The notes beneath the pieces are model-generated. The model was not told the origin of the DNA, did no database searches, and saw only the letters and a list, made by a program, of their open reading frames with translations. From Candidatus Poseidoniaceae archaeon (GTDB lineage Archaea; Thermoplasmatota; Poseidoniia; Poseidoniales; Poseidoniaceae): a DNA stretch of 64,000 nt. Every line of letters begins with the position of its first letter. Positions within the stretch are counted from its first letter, which is position 1. Location: assembly GCA_964218365.1 (NCBI GenBank), contig CAXPMI010000031.1:9940-73939 (forward strand), given 5' to 3'. Below are positions 7,792 to 16,746 of this stretch, in pieces. The position numbers and the translations under genes were made by a program.

Positions 7792-10164
7792 ATGCGCCGA
7801 TGGGTGGTGGTAGTTCTTGCGGCACTTATGCTGCCTGTCTTACCAGTCAGCGCAGATCAGGATCCATTCAACTTCTACATCGAAGACGAGATAGTTGCAC
7901 ATCCAGGCGAAACTGTTCAACTACGCATTGCATGGCAGAACATTGTAGGGACAGCGAGACATTTTTCGGTTTCAGTCAATAGTTCTGATAGTAATCTAAC
8001 TGTGAGTGATTTACCCACTGATTGGACGAGGGTAGCTTCAGGTAGACTCGGAGAGATGATGATTAACGTAACAGTAGCTCCAAATTCAAATTTTGAAACC
8101 CAATCGTTCAGTCTAGATTTCCTATGTCAAGAAGTGACAAATTGGAGCTATACACACAATGTAGACGTTTTGATATCCAAATGGTCAGACATAAGATTCG
8201 GTTCTAACGATGGTTCAGAGTTCTACGTTTTGCAGGATGTGAGAACTGGTTTCGCAGTAAATGTCAGCAATAACGCAGATTACGATGATACTGTCAAGTT
8301 AAGATTCAACACTCAAACCAACTGGGAATACGGGTTTGATGATGATTTGAATAACGATGGTGAATTGGTGATTGATTTACAATCAGGTGAGTTTGAATTT
8401 ATCAATTTCTACATAAAAACACCACCAATCGTTGATGGCGCTCCGTTAGCGGGTACCGGACCACAATTTTCTTTAGAAGCTGTATCGGATCTAGACAGGA
8501 GAATAAGTTCGTGGAACTTTAGCCTCAATATGGAGACATATCACAACATGACAATTGATAATGTTGAGGAGAACTTAAGCATCGAGCCAGGGGACAACGA
8601 CCGGCTTGAGGTTGTCATTCGAAACAACGGTAACATAGCCACATATCTTGATGCAGGCTTAATCTACGGCAATTCCAGAGAAGATCGTTTTGAAATTGAA
8701 AACTGGACAGTTGCAATATTCAACGCATTTGAATTCCAACCTCTTGAACCAAATGAATCTAGGGTTATCGAAATAGGATTCGACGCTCCAAATACGAATC
8801 TCGGAACCGTTGGTTTGGAACTGGACATAATGCCACAGTCATTCCCACAAAGGGCTAGTTCTGTGAATATTTCATCGGCAATAGATTGGCAAAAAAATGG
8901 CAGTCTAAGCAAAGTCGGAAACTCTTGTTCTGAGGTCGAATGGAACCAAACCTGTCAACAATTTATTCAAATTGAGAATACTGGTAATTTCTTCCAACAC
9001 TACCTACTAGAAATCCGTGACTCTAGCGGAATGAACTTTGAAATCAGACAAGAACAGGTCGGGCTATCAAGGGGCCAAAGCAGCATAGAGATACCGATGA
9101 ACATTACCCCCTTTGAAAATGCTGAAGCATTCTCTACTGGCACTGCTGAATTAGTTCTAACCTTACCAGATGGTCAGATAATTGATTCAATTGAAATCTC
9201 ATCTCGGACTGCACCAAGAGTGTTTTGGATATGGGAAGATTCCGCCACATCGGTTAGTAACGGAAGGCTAGAGATGGCAATAACAATGAGGAATGATGGC
9301 AACACTGCTGACGGATTAGTGGTAAGAATGACATCGTCATATTTCACAGATATGAGTTTCATCCCTCCCAACAATGCTATTGTTGAGGATGGTTCCAAAA
9401 ATATACGTTCTTTCGAAATTGTCAACATTGACAAAGGGGCTAATTTTACATTCAGGGCCTGGGCAAAAATACCCGATAATCAAAATTCAGCTGATGATTT
9501 CTATGTATACATAACAGCGCACAGCCGCCTTGCAGAGGAGAACCCATTTCGGTTCACAGCAAATACATCATTTGATGCAGCTGCATCCAACAATGATAAT
9601 CAAGAAAGTATTGTAGACTCAATTAGCGATATCGCCTCGACAATTTTTGCTATTGTGTGGGCTTGGAAATGGATTGCAATTGCTACCATAGCAAGTGGGT
9701 TAATGATAAACAAATCAATCAGAGACCGTAGAGCAAGGCTTTCGGATATGGAATTGATGAATTCAACACAAACTGTAGAACAAAAACCGGATGATTGGAT
9801 GGCAGAATTCGCTACCAAAAAACAGCCAACCCCAGAAATTGCTCAATCACCTCAGATTCCTTCTGAAGTGTTTACTGGTATGTTCCAAGCGGTTGGAGGT
9901 GGACAGAAGCCAGTTACAGAACCTGTTGATTCAAGGCTGGTTGGAGCTGCAAGTACGGTATTAGACCATCACGATACAGTTGCTACAAAATCAAAACTCG
10001 ATGATTTGGTAGAGAATCTAGCAGCAGGAAATGTCAGTACCCCCCACACGGCAAATGTTGCATTACCTGATGACATTATTCCTGTAACAGAAAGAACTGT
10101 TCCAAAGACGAAGCCTGAAGTTTCAGTTCCAACAATGCTCGACTTGGATGACCTCGATTTGTGA
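7792..10164 (+). CDS. Large secreted protein (790 aa) with N-terminal signal peptide and a C-proximal TM anchor plus acidic cytoplasmic tail. Function unknown.
   Basis: MRRWVVVVLAALMLPVLPVSADQ signal. The TM segment IFAIVWAWKWIAIATIASGLMI is followed by a roughly 150-aa tail ending LDLDDLDL. Confidence 0.7.
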   Translation: MRRWVVVVLAALMLPVLPVSADQDPFNFYIEDEIVAHPGETVQLRIAWQNIVGTARHFSVSVNSSDSNLTVSDLPTDWTRVASGRLGEMMINVTVAPNSNFETQSFSLDFLCQEVTNWSYTHNVDVLISKWSDIRFGSNDGSEFYVLQDVRTGFAVNVSNNADYDDTVKLRFNTQTNWEYGFDDDLNNDGELVIDLQSGEFEFINFYIKTPPIVDGAPLAGTGPQFSLEAVSDLDRRISSWNFSLNMETYHNMTIDNVEENLSIEPGDNDRLEVVIRNNGNIATYLDAGLIYGNSREDRFEIENWTVAIFNAFEFQPLEPNESRVIEIGFDAPNTNLGTVGLELDIMPQSFPQRASSVNISSAIDWQKNGSLSKVGNSCSEVEWNQTCQQFIQIENTGNFFQHYLLEIRDSSGMNFEIRQEQVGLSRGQSSIEIPMNITPFENAEAFSTGTAELVLTLPDGQIIDSIEISSRTAPRVFWIWEDSATSVSNGRLEMAITMRNDGNTADGLVVRMTSSYFTDMSFIPPNNAIVEDGSKNIRSFEIVNIDKGANFTFRAWAKIPDNQNSADDFYVYITAHSRLAEENPFRFTANTSFDAAASNNDNQESIVDSISDIASTIFAIVWAWKWIAIATIASGLMINKSIRDRRARLSDMELMNSTQTVEQKPDDWMAEFATKKQPTPEIAQSPQIPSEVFTGMFQAVGGGQKPVTEPVDSRLVGAASTVLDHHDTVATKSKLDDLVENLAAGNVSTPHTANVALPDDIIPVTERTVPKTKPEVSVPTMLDLDDLDL

Positions 10165-10808
10165 GTGATAAGATGAAGATTGGAGTTGATGAGGCAGGCA
10201 GAGGTTCTGTAATCGGTCCATTGGTTGTTTGCTCATTTGCTAGCATTTCTCAAACTGAACTACTTGATTTAGGAGTAAAAGATTCGAAAGACCTCAGTAA
10301 AAAGAAGAGGGAAGAGTTGTATCATACACTAGTTGAAATGCCACACAATGTCATAATTTGTGACCCAAAACGAATTGATATTGCACCAAACCTCAATCAA
10401 CTAGAAGTCGAATTATTTGCGGAATCTCTCAAGGTTATGCCAGATGGTGATATTATGCTAGACGCATGTGATGTTGATGCAGGTAGATTTGCAAGAAACG
10501 TTTCAGCCCTTTCAAAGCGAGACTGTAATGCTGAACACAAAGCGGATGAAAACCATCCCGAAGTGAGTGCTGCAAGTATTATTGCAAAAGTCACGCGTGA
10601 CAATTGCGTTAAGAAACTGAGTCAAGAATTGAATATGGATTTAGGTAGTGGTTATCCTTCAGATCCTAAAACAAAAGATGCTGTGAAGATTCTTTCAATA
10701 GGAGACTATCCACATGAATGCCTGCGATGGTCTTGGAAAACAGTAACTGACGCAAGAGGAAACCCTGCGCCACCACGCCCGGGTGGGCCACAACAAACCT
10801 TGTTTTGA
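10161..10808 (+). CDS. rnhB: Ribonuclease HII.
   Basis: MKIGVDEAGRGSVIGPLVV active-site motif. A GTG at 10161 overlaps the upstream stop; the ATG at 10173 is the likely true start. Confidence 0.88.
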   Translation: MSDKMKIGVDEAGRGSVIGPLVVCSFASISQTELLDLGVKDSKDLSKKKREELYHTLVEMPHNVIICDPKRIDIAPNLNQLEVELFAESLKVMPDGDIMLDACDVDAGRFARNVSALSKRDCNAEHKADENHPEVSAASIIAKVTRDNCVKKLSQELNMDLGSGYPSDPKTKDAVKILSIGDYPHECLRWSWKTVTDARGNPAPPRPGGPQQTLF

Positions 10809-10833
10809 ATAACCAAGAGCCCCACGGATTGAC

Positions 10834-12504
10834 ATGGACTGGCAGCCGGACCAACCAACCTTGGATTTGATTCGTCACCTTGCTTTACAAAATAGTTACC
10901 AATATGCAGGCAAAGGACAGGCAGGTTCTGTAATCAGTAGAATAATGGGAAGTAGAACGGATTTGCGACAACATGGCAAGTTCATCGCTCCACTAGTTGG
11001 AAAAGAGGTTGCAAAAGCAAATGCCTTAGCTCAAAATGACGGACTTGATGCTGTCAGAGAAATTTTAGAAAAAGAAGCACCTGAGTTATTGGAAAAGAGA
11101 GTTCAAACTCGAAGAGAAGGATTACCAGAACTGCCTAACCTAAACGATAGAAAGCCAGTTCTCAGATTCGCACCCAACCCAAACGGACCACTTTCATTCG
11201 GCCACTCCAGAGGATTGGTGATTAACGGTCAGTATGCAAAGGAATTAGATGGTGAATTAATTCTAAGATTTGACGATACTGATACTACTGTAAAGCCACC
11301 CATGCTTGAAGCATATAATTCAATCCCAAAACAACAGGAATGGTTGTGTGGATTTCCTGCACATAGAATTGTAATTGCCAGTGAGAGAATGGACAAATAC
11401 CACGAATATGCAGTAAAAATGATAGAAGGAGGATTCGGTTATGTCTGCACTTGCTCCGCTGAATCATTCAGAGAATTCAGAGTTTCAAAGAAAGAATGCC
11501 CCTGTAGAGATAATTCTGATGATGAAAATCTAGAACTTTGGAGAAAGATGAACGACACAGAAGGCTTTCAGCCAGGTGAAGCCGTACTACGGGTAAAAAC
11601 TGACATGTCACTCAAGAATCCAGCACTCAGGGATTGGCCCGCTGCTAGAATTCAAACAAATCCTCATCCAAGAGTCGGAGATAAATGGCGAGTTTGGCCA
11701 TTACTAGATTTTCAATCTGCCATTGAAGATTATCTTCAGGGAGTGACTCACATCATTCGAGGAAAGGATTTGATGGACTCCACTCGAAAGCAGACACTGC
11801 TCTATGCACACTTTGGTTGGGATTACCCCGAGACAATTTACTGGGGCCGTGTAAAAGTACACGAATTCGGAGCATTTTCGACCTCTCAGATGAAGCGAGA
11901 CATCGCAGAAGGAATTTTTGATGGATGGGACGACCCGAGACTACCGACCCTTTCTGCATTGTCAAGAAGAGGAATAAAGCCTGAATCTCTTCGAGCATTT
12001 TGGATTGAATTAGGACTGACCCAAAAAGACATATCCGTACCTCTATCCACTCTATATTCCCACAATACTAAGGCTATCGACCCGCAAGCACCTCGCCTTG
12101 CTTTTGTAAGAAATGCGTATCCGGTTAAGTTAGATGGAGAATTCCCAAAAACAGGAACTATTTCTTCACATTCAGACACAGAAATGCCTCCAAGGCAATA
12201 TTCGATAGATGAAGGCGTTTGGATTGAGGAAGAGGATTCTGGTAAACCCATTAGGTTGAAGGATTTGTGTGACATAGATCAAACAGGAAATGTAGAAAGC
12301 ATCGACAGAAGTGACAAACGGAGTGTTGTCCACTGGGTTGCAGGAGGAACACCATCCAAACTAACGATTGCCGAAGGCCAAAACATCACCACTATTGAAG
12401 GAATTTTAGAAGACCACAATTACCCAGTTGGAACTATCCTGCAACTTGAGCGGATAGGATATGCAATTGTTGAAGACGATGGCTTACTTATGGTACATGA
12501 CTAA
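10834..12504 (+). CDS. gltX: Glutamate--tRNA ligase (archaeal/eukaryotic-type class I GluRS).
   Basis: RFAPNPNGPLSFGHSRG is a HIGH-type motif. The 556-aa length and the KMSKS-region-like C-terminal half fit. Confidence 0.88.
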   Translation: MDWQPDQPTLDLIRHLALQNSYQYAGKGQAGSVISRIMGSRTDLRQHGKFIAPLVGKEVAKANALAQNDGLDAVREILEKEAPELLEKRVQTRREGLPELPNLNDRKPVLRFAPNPNGPLSFGHSRGLVINGQYAKELDGELILRFDDTDTTVKPPMLEAYNSIPKQQEWLCGFPAHRIVIASERMDKYHEYAVKMIEGGFGYVCTCSAESFREFRVSKKECPCRDNSDDENLELWRKMNDTEGFQPGEAVLRVKTDMSLKNPALRDWPAARIQTNPHPRVGDKWRVWPLLDFQSAIEDYLQGVTHIIRGKDLMDSTRKQTLLYAHFGWDYPETIYWGRVKVHEFGAFSTSQMKRDIAEGIFDGWDDPRLPTLSALSRRGIKPESLRAFWIELGLTQKDISVPLSTLYSHNTKAIDPQAPRLAFVRNAYPVKLDGEFPKTGTISSHSDTEMPPRQYSIDEGVWIEEEDSGKPIRLKDLCDIDQTGNVESIDRSDKRSVVHWVAGGTPSKLTIAEGQNITTIEGILEDHNYPVGTILQLERIGYAIVEDDGLLMVHD

Positions 12505-12760
12505 CCATTACTGGTTCACCATCTTCTGTCACAATGACATACTTTGGTTTCCATATTGATGCTTTAATTGGGTCTGGGTCCACTAGGACATCTAATTCAC
12601 AGACTTCTCCGCAGTTGCCTTGTTTTTCCAAGTGACCTTTTGTTAGTACGCCAAGTATATTTTCTCGACCCCAAACCACTAGCACATCGTTACCATTCAA
12701 ACGACTTTTTGCTTCTTCAAGAGAATCCTCTGCACCGATTGTTGAAAATTCCATGTTCAT
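12488..12760 (-). CDS. Small CBS-domain protein. The ORF may extend to 12868.
   Basis: STIGAEDSLEEAKSRLNGNDVLVVWGRENILGVLTKGHL fits the CBS domain pattern. The longer ORF start at 12868 would overlap the divergent gene at 12829, so the internal Met at 12760 is preferred. Confidence 0.4.
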   Translation of the reverse strand: MNMEFSTIGAEDSLEEAKSRLNGNDVLVVWGRENILGVLTKGHLEKQGNCGEVCELDVLVDPDPIKASIWKPKYVIVTEDGEPVMVSHVP

Positions 12761-12828
12761 TGTTTCACAACTCAGTCCTTCAACTATCCCATAGGTGGGT
12801 TCAAAATGGTTGACCTCTAGGACTGTAT

Positions 12829-13179
12829 ATGGCAATCGAGCGTCTGTTAACAGGAAACATCGGTGCACAAGTCAAAGAATTAATGGCGACAGAAGACATT
12901 GTCATTGAAGCTGTTCGTGATTTGGTAAAGGACGAAATCAAGACTTACATCAGACAAAAGGTAGATGCTGATGAGGAACTAAAGGGCGAATTAAAGGAAG
13001 CAATTTCTTACTACTTCAACGCTAAAGCACGCTCAGTTTATGCCGAAATGAAGGCAAGTAGGGCCGCAGCAAGACTAGGATTAAGGATTCTACCGGACGA
13101 CCTTCAAGGAGAGGTTGGAGAGGCTTTAGTTGGGCTATTCGAGAAAGAACTTGGCAACTTGTTAGAAAAAGCACTTTGA
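12829..13179 (+). CDS. Hypothetical small alpha-helical/coiled-coil protein (116 aa).
   Basis: Clean ORF with a Lys/Glu-rich helical composition. It is followed immediately by the hairpin GAGCCCCTTAGGGGCTC. Confidence 0.5.
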   Translation: MAIERLLTGNIGAQVKELMATEDIVIEAVRDLVKDEIKTYIRQKVDADEELKGELKEAISYYFNAKARSVYAEMKASRAAARLGLRILPDDLQGEVGEALVGLFEKELGNLLEKAL

Positions 13180-13194
13180 GCCCCTTAGGGGCTC
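13178..13194 (+). terminator. Hairpin GAGCCCC-TTA-GGGGCTC (7-bp stem) overlapping the stop codon.
   Basis: Seen directly. It belongs to the same GGGCTC-stem family as 424-439. Confidence 0.4.
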
Positions 13195-13246
13195 ATTTGT
13201 CCACAGTCTTGAATAGTGTAATGCTTGCAGACTTGGCCGGTAGGTA

Positions 13247-15271
13247 TTGTTCATGAGGAGTTTCAAACCAATCCTACTCGGAATGTTGCTGCTATGTTCC
13301 TGCATACCAATTCCAACAGCATCTGCAGATAGTGTGGAAGTTTGTTGTGACTCTGGACCGGTTGAACTCTACTTGATTGGACCTGCCGGTTCCGGTGAAA
13401 TGTCACCGTTCGATGTAGCGTTATCAGACGTTTCTGAAGAACTAACGATTTCTGATGCCATTGCTCAGCAACAAGAGATTGCAAGTTGGAAAATTGATCC
13501 CGCTTGGAGTGGAGCTTATCCTTCATCAACATGGGAGTTTGCAATCGACTATTCTGTGGAAAACGCTGGAGGCGTACAAATCAACGCATCGGTAAGCGTC
13601 GTAATCGGCGGAGAAGAATACGTTGGGGGTACGGACCAGTCGAACTCTTTTCTCCCATCGGGCGAGGGAACTCTGAACATTGACGTCGGGGTGGACGCAG
13701 GGTCGATTTCTTCATCAAGTAAAATCGAAGTTATCCTTACAGCACAGACCGTGGTGTTTAGCGTCCCAGGAACGGACGCCGGATTGACCTTCATATGGGG
13801 AGGTAGTGGAGACGATTCCTCTTTGACAGGAGATATTCCACTTGTTGATTTGATTATTGAGGAACCTGTCACTGAAGGAATGGATGTCTACATCTCAATG
13901 ATTGTTGCATCACCATTTGGTCAAATGACCGCTGCACACGCAGAAAGTCTCAGTGTCAGCGTGAATAGTGGTGTGCTATCTGGGAACCCAATTGTAACCA
14001 GTAGTGGTGATTATGTGAGGCTGACTTGGACTTGGACATCCACAACTTCAGGCCTCCAAGACATCTCAGTTGCAGGAAGTATTCAGATTCAGTCTGGGAC
14101 TCCAATTCTAACAGGAACTACAACTTTCAGCATAGAAACCGCCGACACAGGTTCCAATGGCGGTGGAGGTTTCTACCCTTCAGAGGAGCCACTACGTTCC
14201 GATGGAGGAGGTTCTAAACTAATTGCCAGTATTGGCATGGAACTGGATAGAACTGATGGATTTTTGACGCTTGAACGTAAAATCGACCTCACGATTGACG
14301 GAGAGATGTCTTATTGGATGAGATGGGGAATGGACAACATCGGCTCAGATGATTCATCACTATCACAGCCGTTACGAATCTTCAATGCTGGAACTGTCAG
14401 TGACGAGGACAGAAGAAATCGTATGATCGATGATGTTGAAAGAACAGAATTTGAGAGTCAAATGGTGAATTTGGCAGTTACATACATGAACGACGGCATG
14501 GCACTCGAACTTGAAGAATTAATTGGAAATGATGTTCAAGATTTGGAGAGAATTTCATTCTCAGTCGATTTGCAAGGGAAGAAAAACGTCGTACCACACC
14601 CCCTTACTTTGTCAATAACAACTCTAGAGATAGTAGAAGAGAACAAAGAATCTGTGCTCCTGAGAAATTTCATTATCGTTCAACCAACACCTATCTGGTC
14701 AAGCATGGACATGAGCATAAGCATAGACACTGGGATGATGGCAAGCCTAACTGGCGCTAACATAAAGGGAGAAGATTCTATTGACATTTCTCAGAGGAGA
14801 ACACCTCTAGGGGAAAGCATTGAAATTAGTGTTGAAAATCTAAAACCTAGTGCAACTTTCTCATTCAGTGCATACCCCACAAGTAACTTGCTGAATGCAC
14901 CTCTCAGTCTATCACTGATTACTCTAGCAATAGTTGGAGGCGGAATGTGGTTTGCATTGACCCTTACAAAGAACAAGAGGCGTGGAGCACTTTGGATTGA
15001 AATGATTTTGATTCCTGTTGTGCTTCTTGCACTATTCCTAGGGTATAATCCATTCACTGTTGGAGCTATAGCTGGAATTTCGGTAGCTCTTTGGACAATC
15101 ACTGCGATTGCTAGCCCCAAAAAGAAGGGAACCCCCCCTACATCGAATCCTATCGCCTTCCCAGTTATTGAGTGCCCTGCATGCGGAACACCGAATTCAA
15201 TTACGACAGATGAAAGACCATTCAGATTGCCCTGTGAAGGATGTGGCAGAGTTCTGAAGATTGTCGAATAG
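13247..15271 (+). CDS. Secreted/membrane protein (674 aa). It has a signal peptide, a large extracellular region, C-terminal TM helices and a cytoplasmic C-terminal zinc ribbon.
   Basis: MFMRSFKPILLGMLLLCSCIPIPTASA signal. TMs lie near residues 540-620. The C-terminus CPACGTPNSITTDERPFRLPCEGCGRVL is a CxxC...CxxC ribbon. Confidence 0.7.
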   Translation: MFMRSFKPILLGMLLLCSCIPIPTASADSVEVCCDSGPVELYLIGPAGSGEMSPFDVALSDVSEELTISDAIAQQQEIASWKIDPAWSGAYPSSTWEFAIDYSVENAGGVQINASVSVVIGGEEYVGGTDQSNSFLPSGEGTLNIDVGVDAGSISSSSKIEVILTAQTVVFSVPGTDAGLTFIWGGSGDDSSLTGDIPLVDLIIEEPVTEGMDVYISMIVASPFGQMTAAHAESLSVSVNSGVLSGNPIVTSSGDYVRLTWTWTSTTSGLQDISVAGSIQIQSGTPILTGTTTFSIETADTGSNGGGGFYPSEEPLRSDGGGSKLIASIGMELDRTDGFLTLERKIDLTIDGEMSYWMRWGMDNIGSDDSSLSQPLRIFNAGTVSDEDRRNRMIDDVERTEFESQMVNLAVTYMNDGMALELEELIGNDVQDLERISFSVDLQGKKNVVPHPLTLSITTLEIVEENKESVLLRNFIIVQPTPIWSSMDMSISIDTGMMASLTGANIKGEDSIDISQRRTPLGESIEISVENLKPSATFSFSAYPTSNLLNAPLSLSLITLAIVGGGMWFALTLTKNKRRGALWIEMILIPVVLLALFLGYNPFTVGAIAGISVALWTITAIASPKKKGTPPTSNPIAFPVIECPACGTPNSITTDERPFRLPCEGCGRVLKIVE

Positions 15272-16204
15272 TCAAAAGTGACCCTTGGTGATAAGCCCAT
15301 CAAGGATAGTGCTTGCATACACTTTCGCTTCAGTTTCATCCTGTGGCCACTGAACTTGAGCTTGGTGCAATTGACTTGCAATATCGGTATCGTTACCTGG
15401 AATCATTGCTCTATGCCAAACCAGTTCCTCTAGTCGCATCGTTGAAATCCCTTCAACCCTTAATGATGGAAGAACTAATTCACTAATTGCCGAACTTCTC
15501 TGTTCAATATCCATCTTTGGCCAACTCCTTTGCAGACGGTTCAACATCATCTTTGAGAGACCTGGAATCATACTAACATCAGGACTAGGGACCTCTGGAA
15601 GAGGCCTTATCTCGATTGAACCCTCGTTATCTAGATGGTCTCTAAGTATCGAAAGTACGGGATCGTAGTTGGCATCTGCACCGCTACGTAACCAACTGCC
15701 TGCTAGAGACAATGGGCGCTGTTTGCGAACTCTTGCTCCTTCAGGCGAAAGAATACTTGCTAGTGCAGCACTCAATGCAGTGCAATCTACAGCACCATTG
15801 TGTGTTCTTGAAGAATTAGGGAAGGTAAGACTTACAGAAATTGGGAAAATTTGGATGTAGTTCTCTTCAATATTTATTGCACTCTGAGCCTCATGAAAAG
15901 GGCTTAGGTGTACCACTAAACCTTCTACTTCCGGTATAGTTTCTTTATTGTCTCGACTAACATGCTTTCTTGGCGGTAGAATTCTTCGCAAATAATTTTT
16001 AGAATTATCAAGTAGGGCAGATTCTAATTGTGATAGTGCAAGAACGCCTTCAACATCAGCAGGAGCCATTAGATGAACGACACTAGCAGACTGTATGCGT
16101 TTGGCAATATCGAGTAATTGGCTTTCGAGATTGACAAAAACCGCACATTGTAGTAGGTTTTTCATCAACTCACCAAACTGTTTGAAACAGCCGATGGTTA
16201 TCAA
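15272..16204 (-). CDS. Hypothetical protein, possibly a DHH-family (RecJ/Cdc45-like) protein with a degenerate DHH motif.
   Basis: VVHLMAPADVEGVLALSQLESAL resembles DHH motifs I-II (VxHHxDADGxxSAAxL) with the catalytic residues replaced. It lies immediately downstream of rps15; a recJ-like/rps15 adjacency in Euryarchaeota is recalled from memory and needs checking. Confidence 0.35.
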   Translation of the reverse strand: MITIGCFKQFGELMKNLLQCAVFVNLESQLLDIAKRIQSASVVHLMAPADVEGVLALSQLESALLDNSKNYLRRILPPRKHVSRDNKETIPEVEGLVVHLSPFHEAQSAINIEENYIQIFPISVSLTFPNSSRTHNGAVDCTALSAALASILSPEGARVRKQRPLSLAGSWLRSGADANYDPVLSILRDHLDNEGSIEIRPLPEVPSPDVSMIPGLSKMMLNRLQRSWPKMDIEQRSSAISELVLPSLRVEGISTMRLEELVWHRAMIPGNDTDIASQLHQAQVQWPQDETEAKVYASTILDGLITKGHF

Positions 16205-16216
16205 AGTGAGTGTACA

Positions 16217-16693
16217 TCACTCGACCATCAGACGAAGTTCATCTCTCTTGTACTTCCAATCTGCTGAGAGGCGACCTTCGTTGATGTAGTACTTTGCTAG
16301 GCGTCGAATCTTCGCCTCTGTAAGTTCTAGTGATCTCTTGTTATGAATGTCTTTGTGGTTACCGGAACCAAGGTGGTCAATGATTCCGACTGCTTTGCGC
16401 ATGAGGTTCATCATGTCTTCAGGATAAGAACCCCCGATTCCATTCTCTGCCATTACTGCGGAGATTCTCTTGCCGAGGACCTTTCTTGCGTCCGGTACTG
16501 CGTGTTGGTCTCTAAGAATAGTACCGATTGATGCGGAAGAGTGACCAGCCTTGCCTAGTTCTACAACTAGTTCTGTGACTGCCTTAGCATCAGTGTTTGA
16601 CCACTCTGGTAGAGATTCATTGTGTGGCTTTGTGGAACCGGACTTACCTTTCCTCTTAGCGTACATACGTGCCATATTCAAGCCTCCAAGCAT
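16217..16693 (-). CDS. rps15: 30S ribosomal protein S15 (uS15, archaeal S13e type).
   Basis: 158 aa with the basic N-terminus MARMYAKRKGKSGS and a conserved C-terminal S15 fold region. Confidence 0.85.
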   Translation of the reverse strand: MLGGLNMARMYAKRKGKSGSTKPHNESLPEWSNTDAKAVTELVVELGKAGHSSASIGTILRDQHAVPDARKVLGKRISAVMAENGIGGSYPEDMMNLMRKAVGIIDHLGSGNHKDIHNKRSLELTEAKIRRLAKYYINEGRLSADWKYKRDELRLMVE

Positions 16694-16746
16694 TCCGCCG
16701 ACCTATCTCCCATTCTTAACCGCTACGCATGGACAAAATTCTAAAT

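Noticed and set aside
12760-12868. Long form of the CBS-protein ORF (start at 12868) overlapping the divergent 12829 gene by 40 nt at the 5' ends.
   Set aside because: Divergent 5' overlap leaves no promoter space. The internal Met at 12760 preceding the CBS-like region is more plausible.
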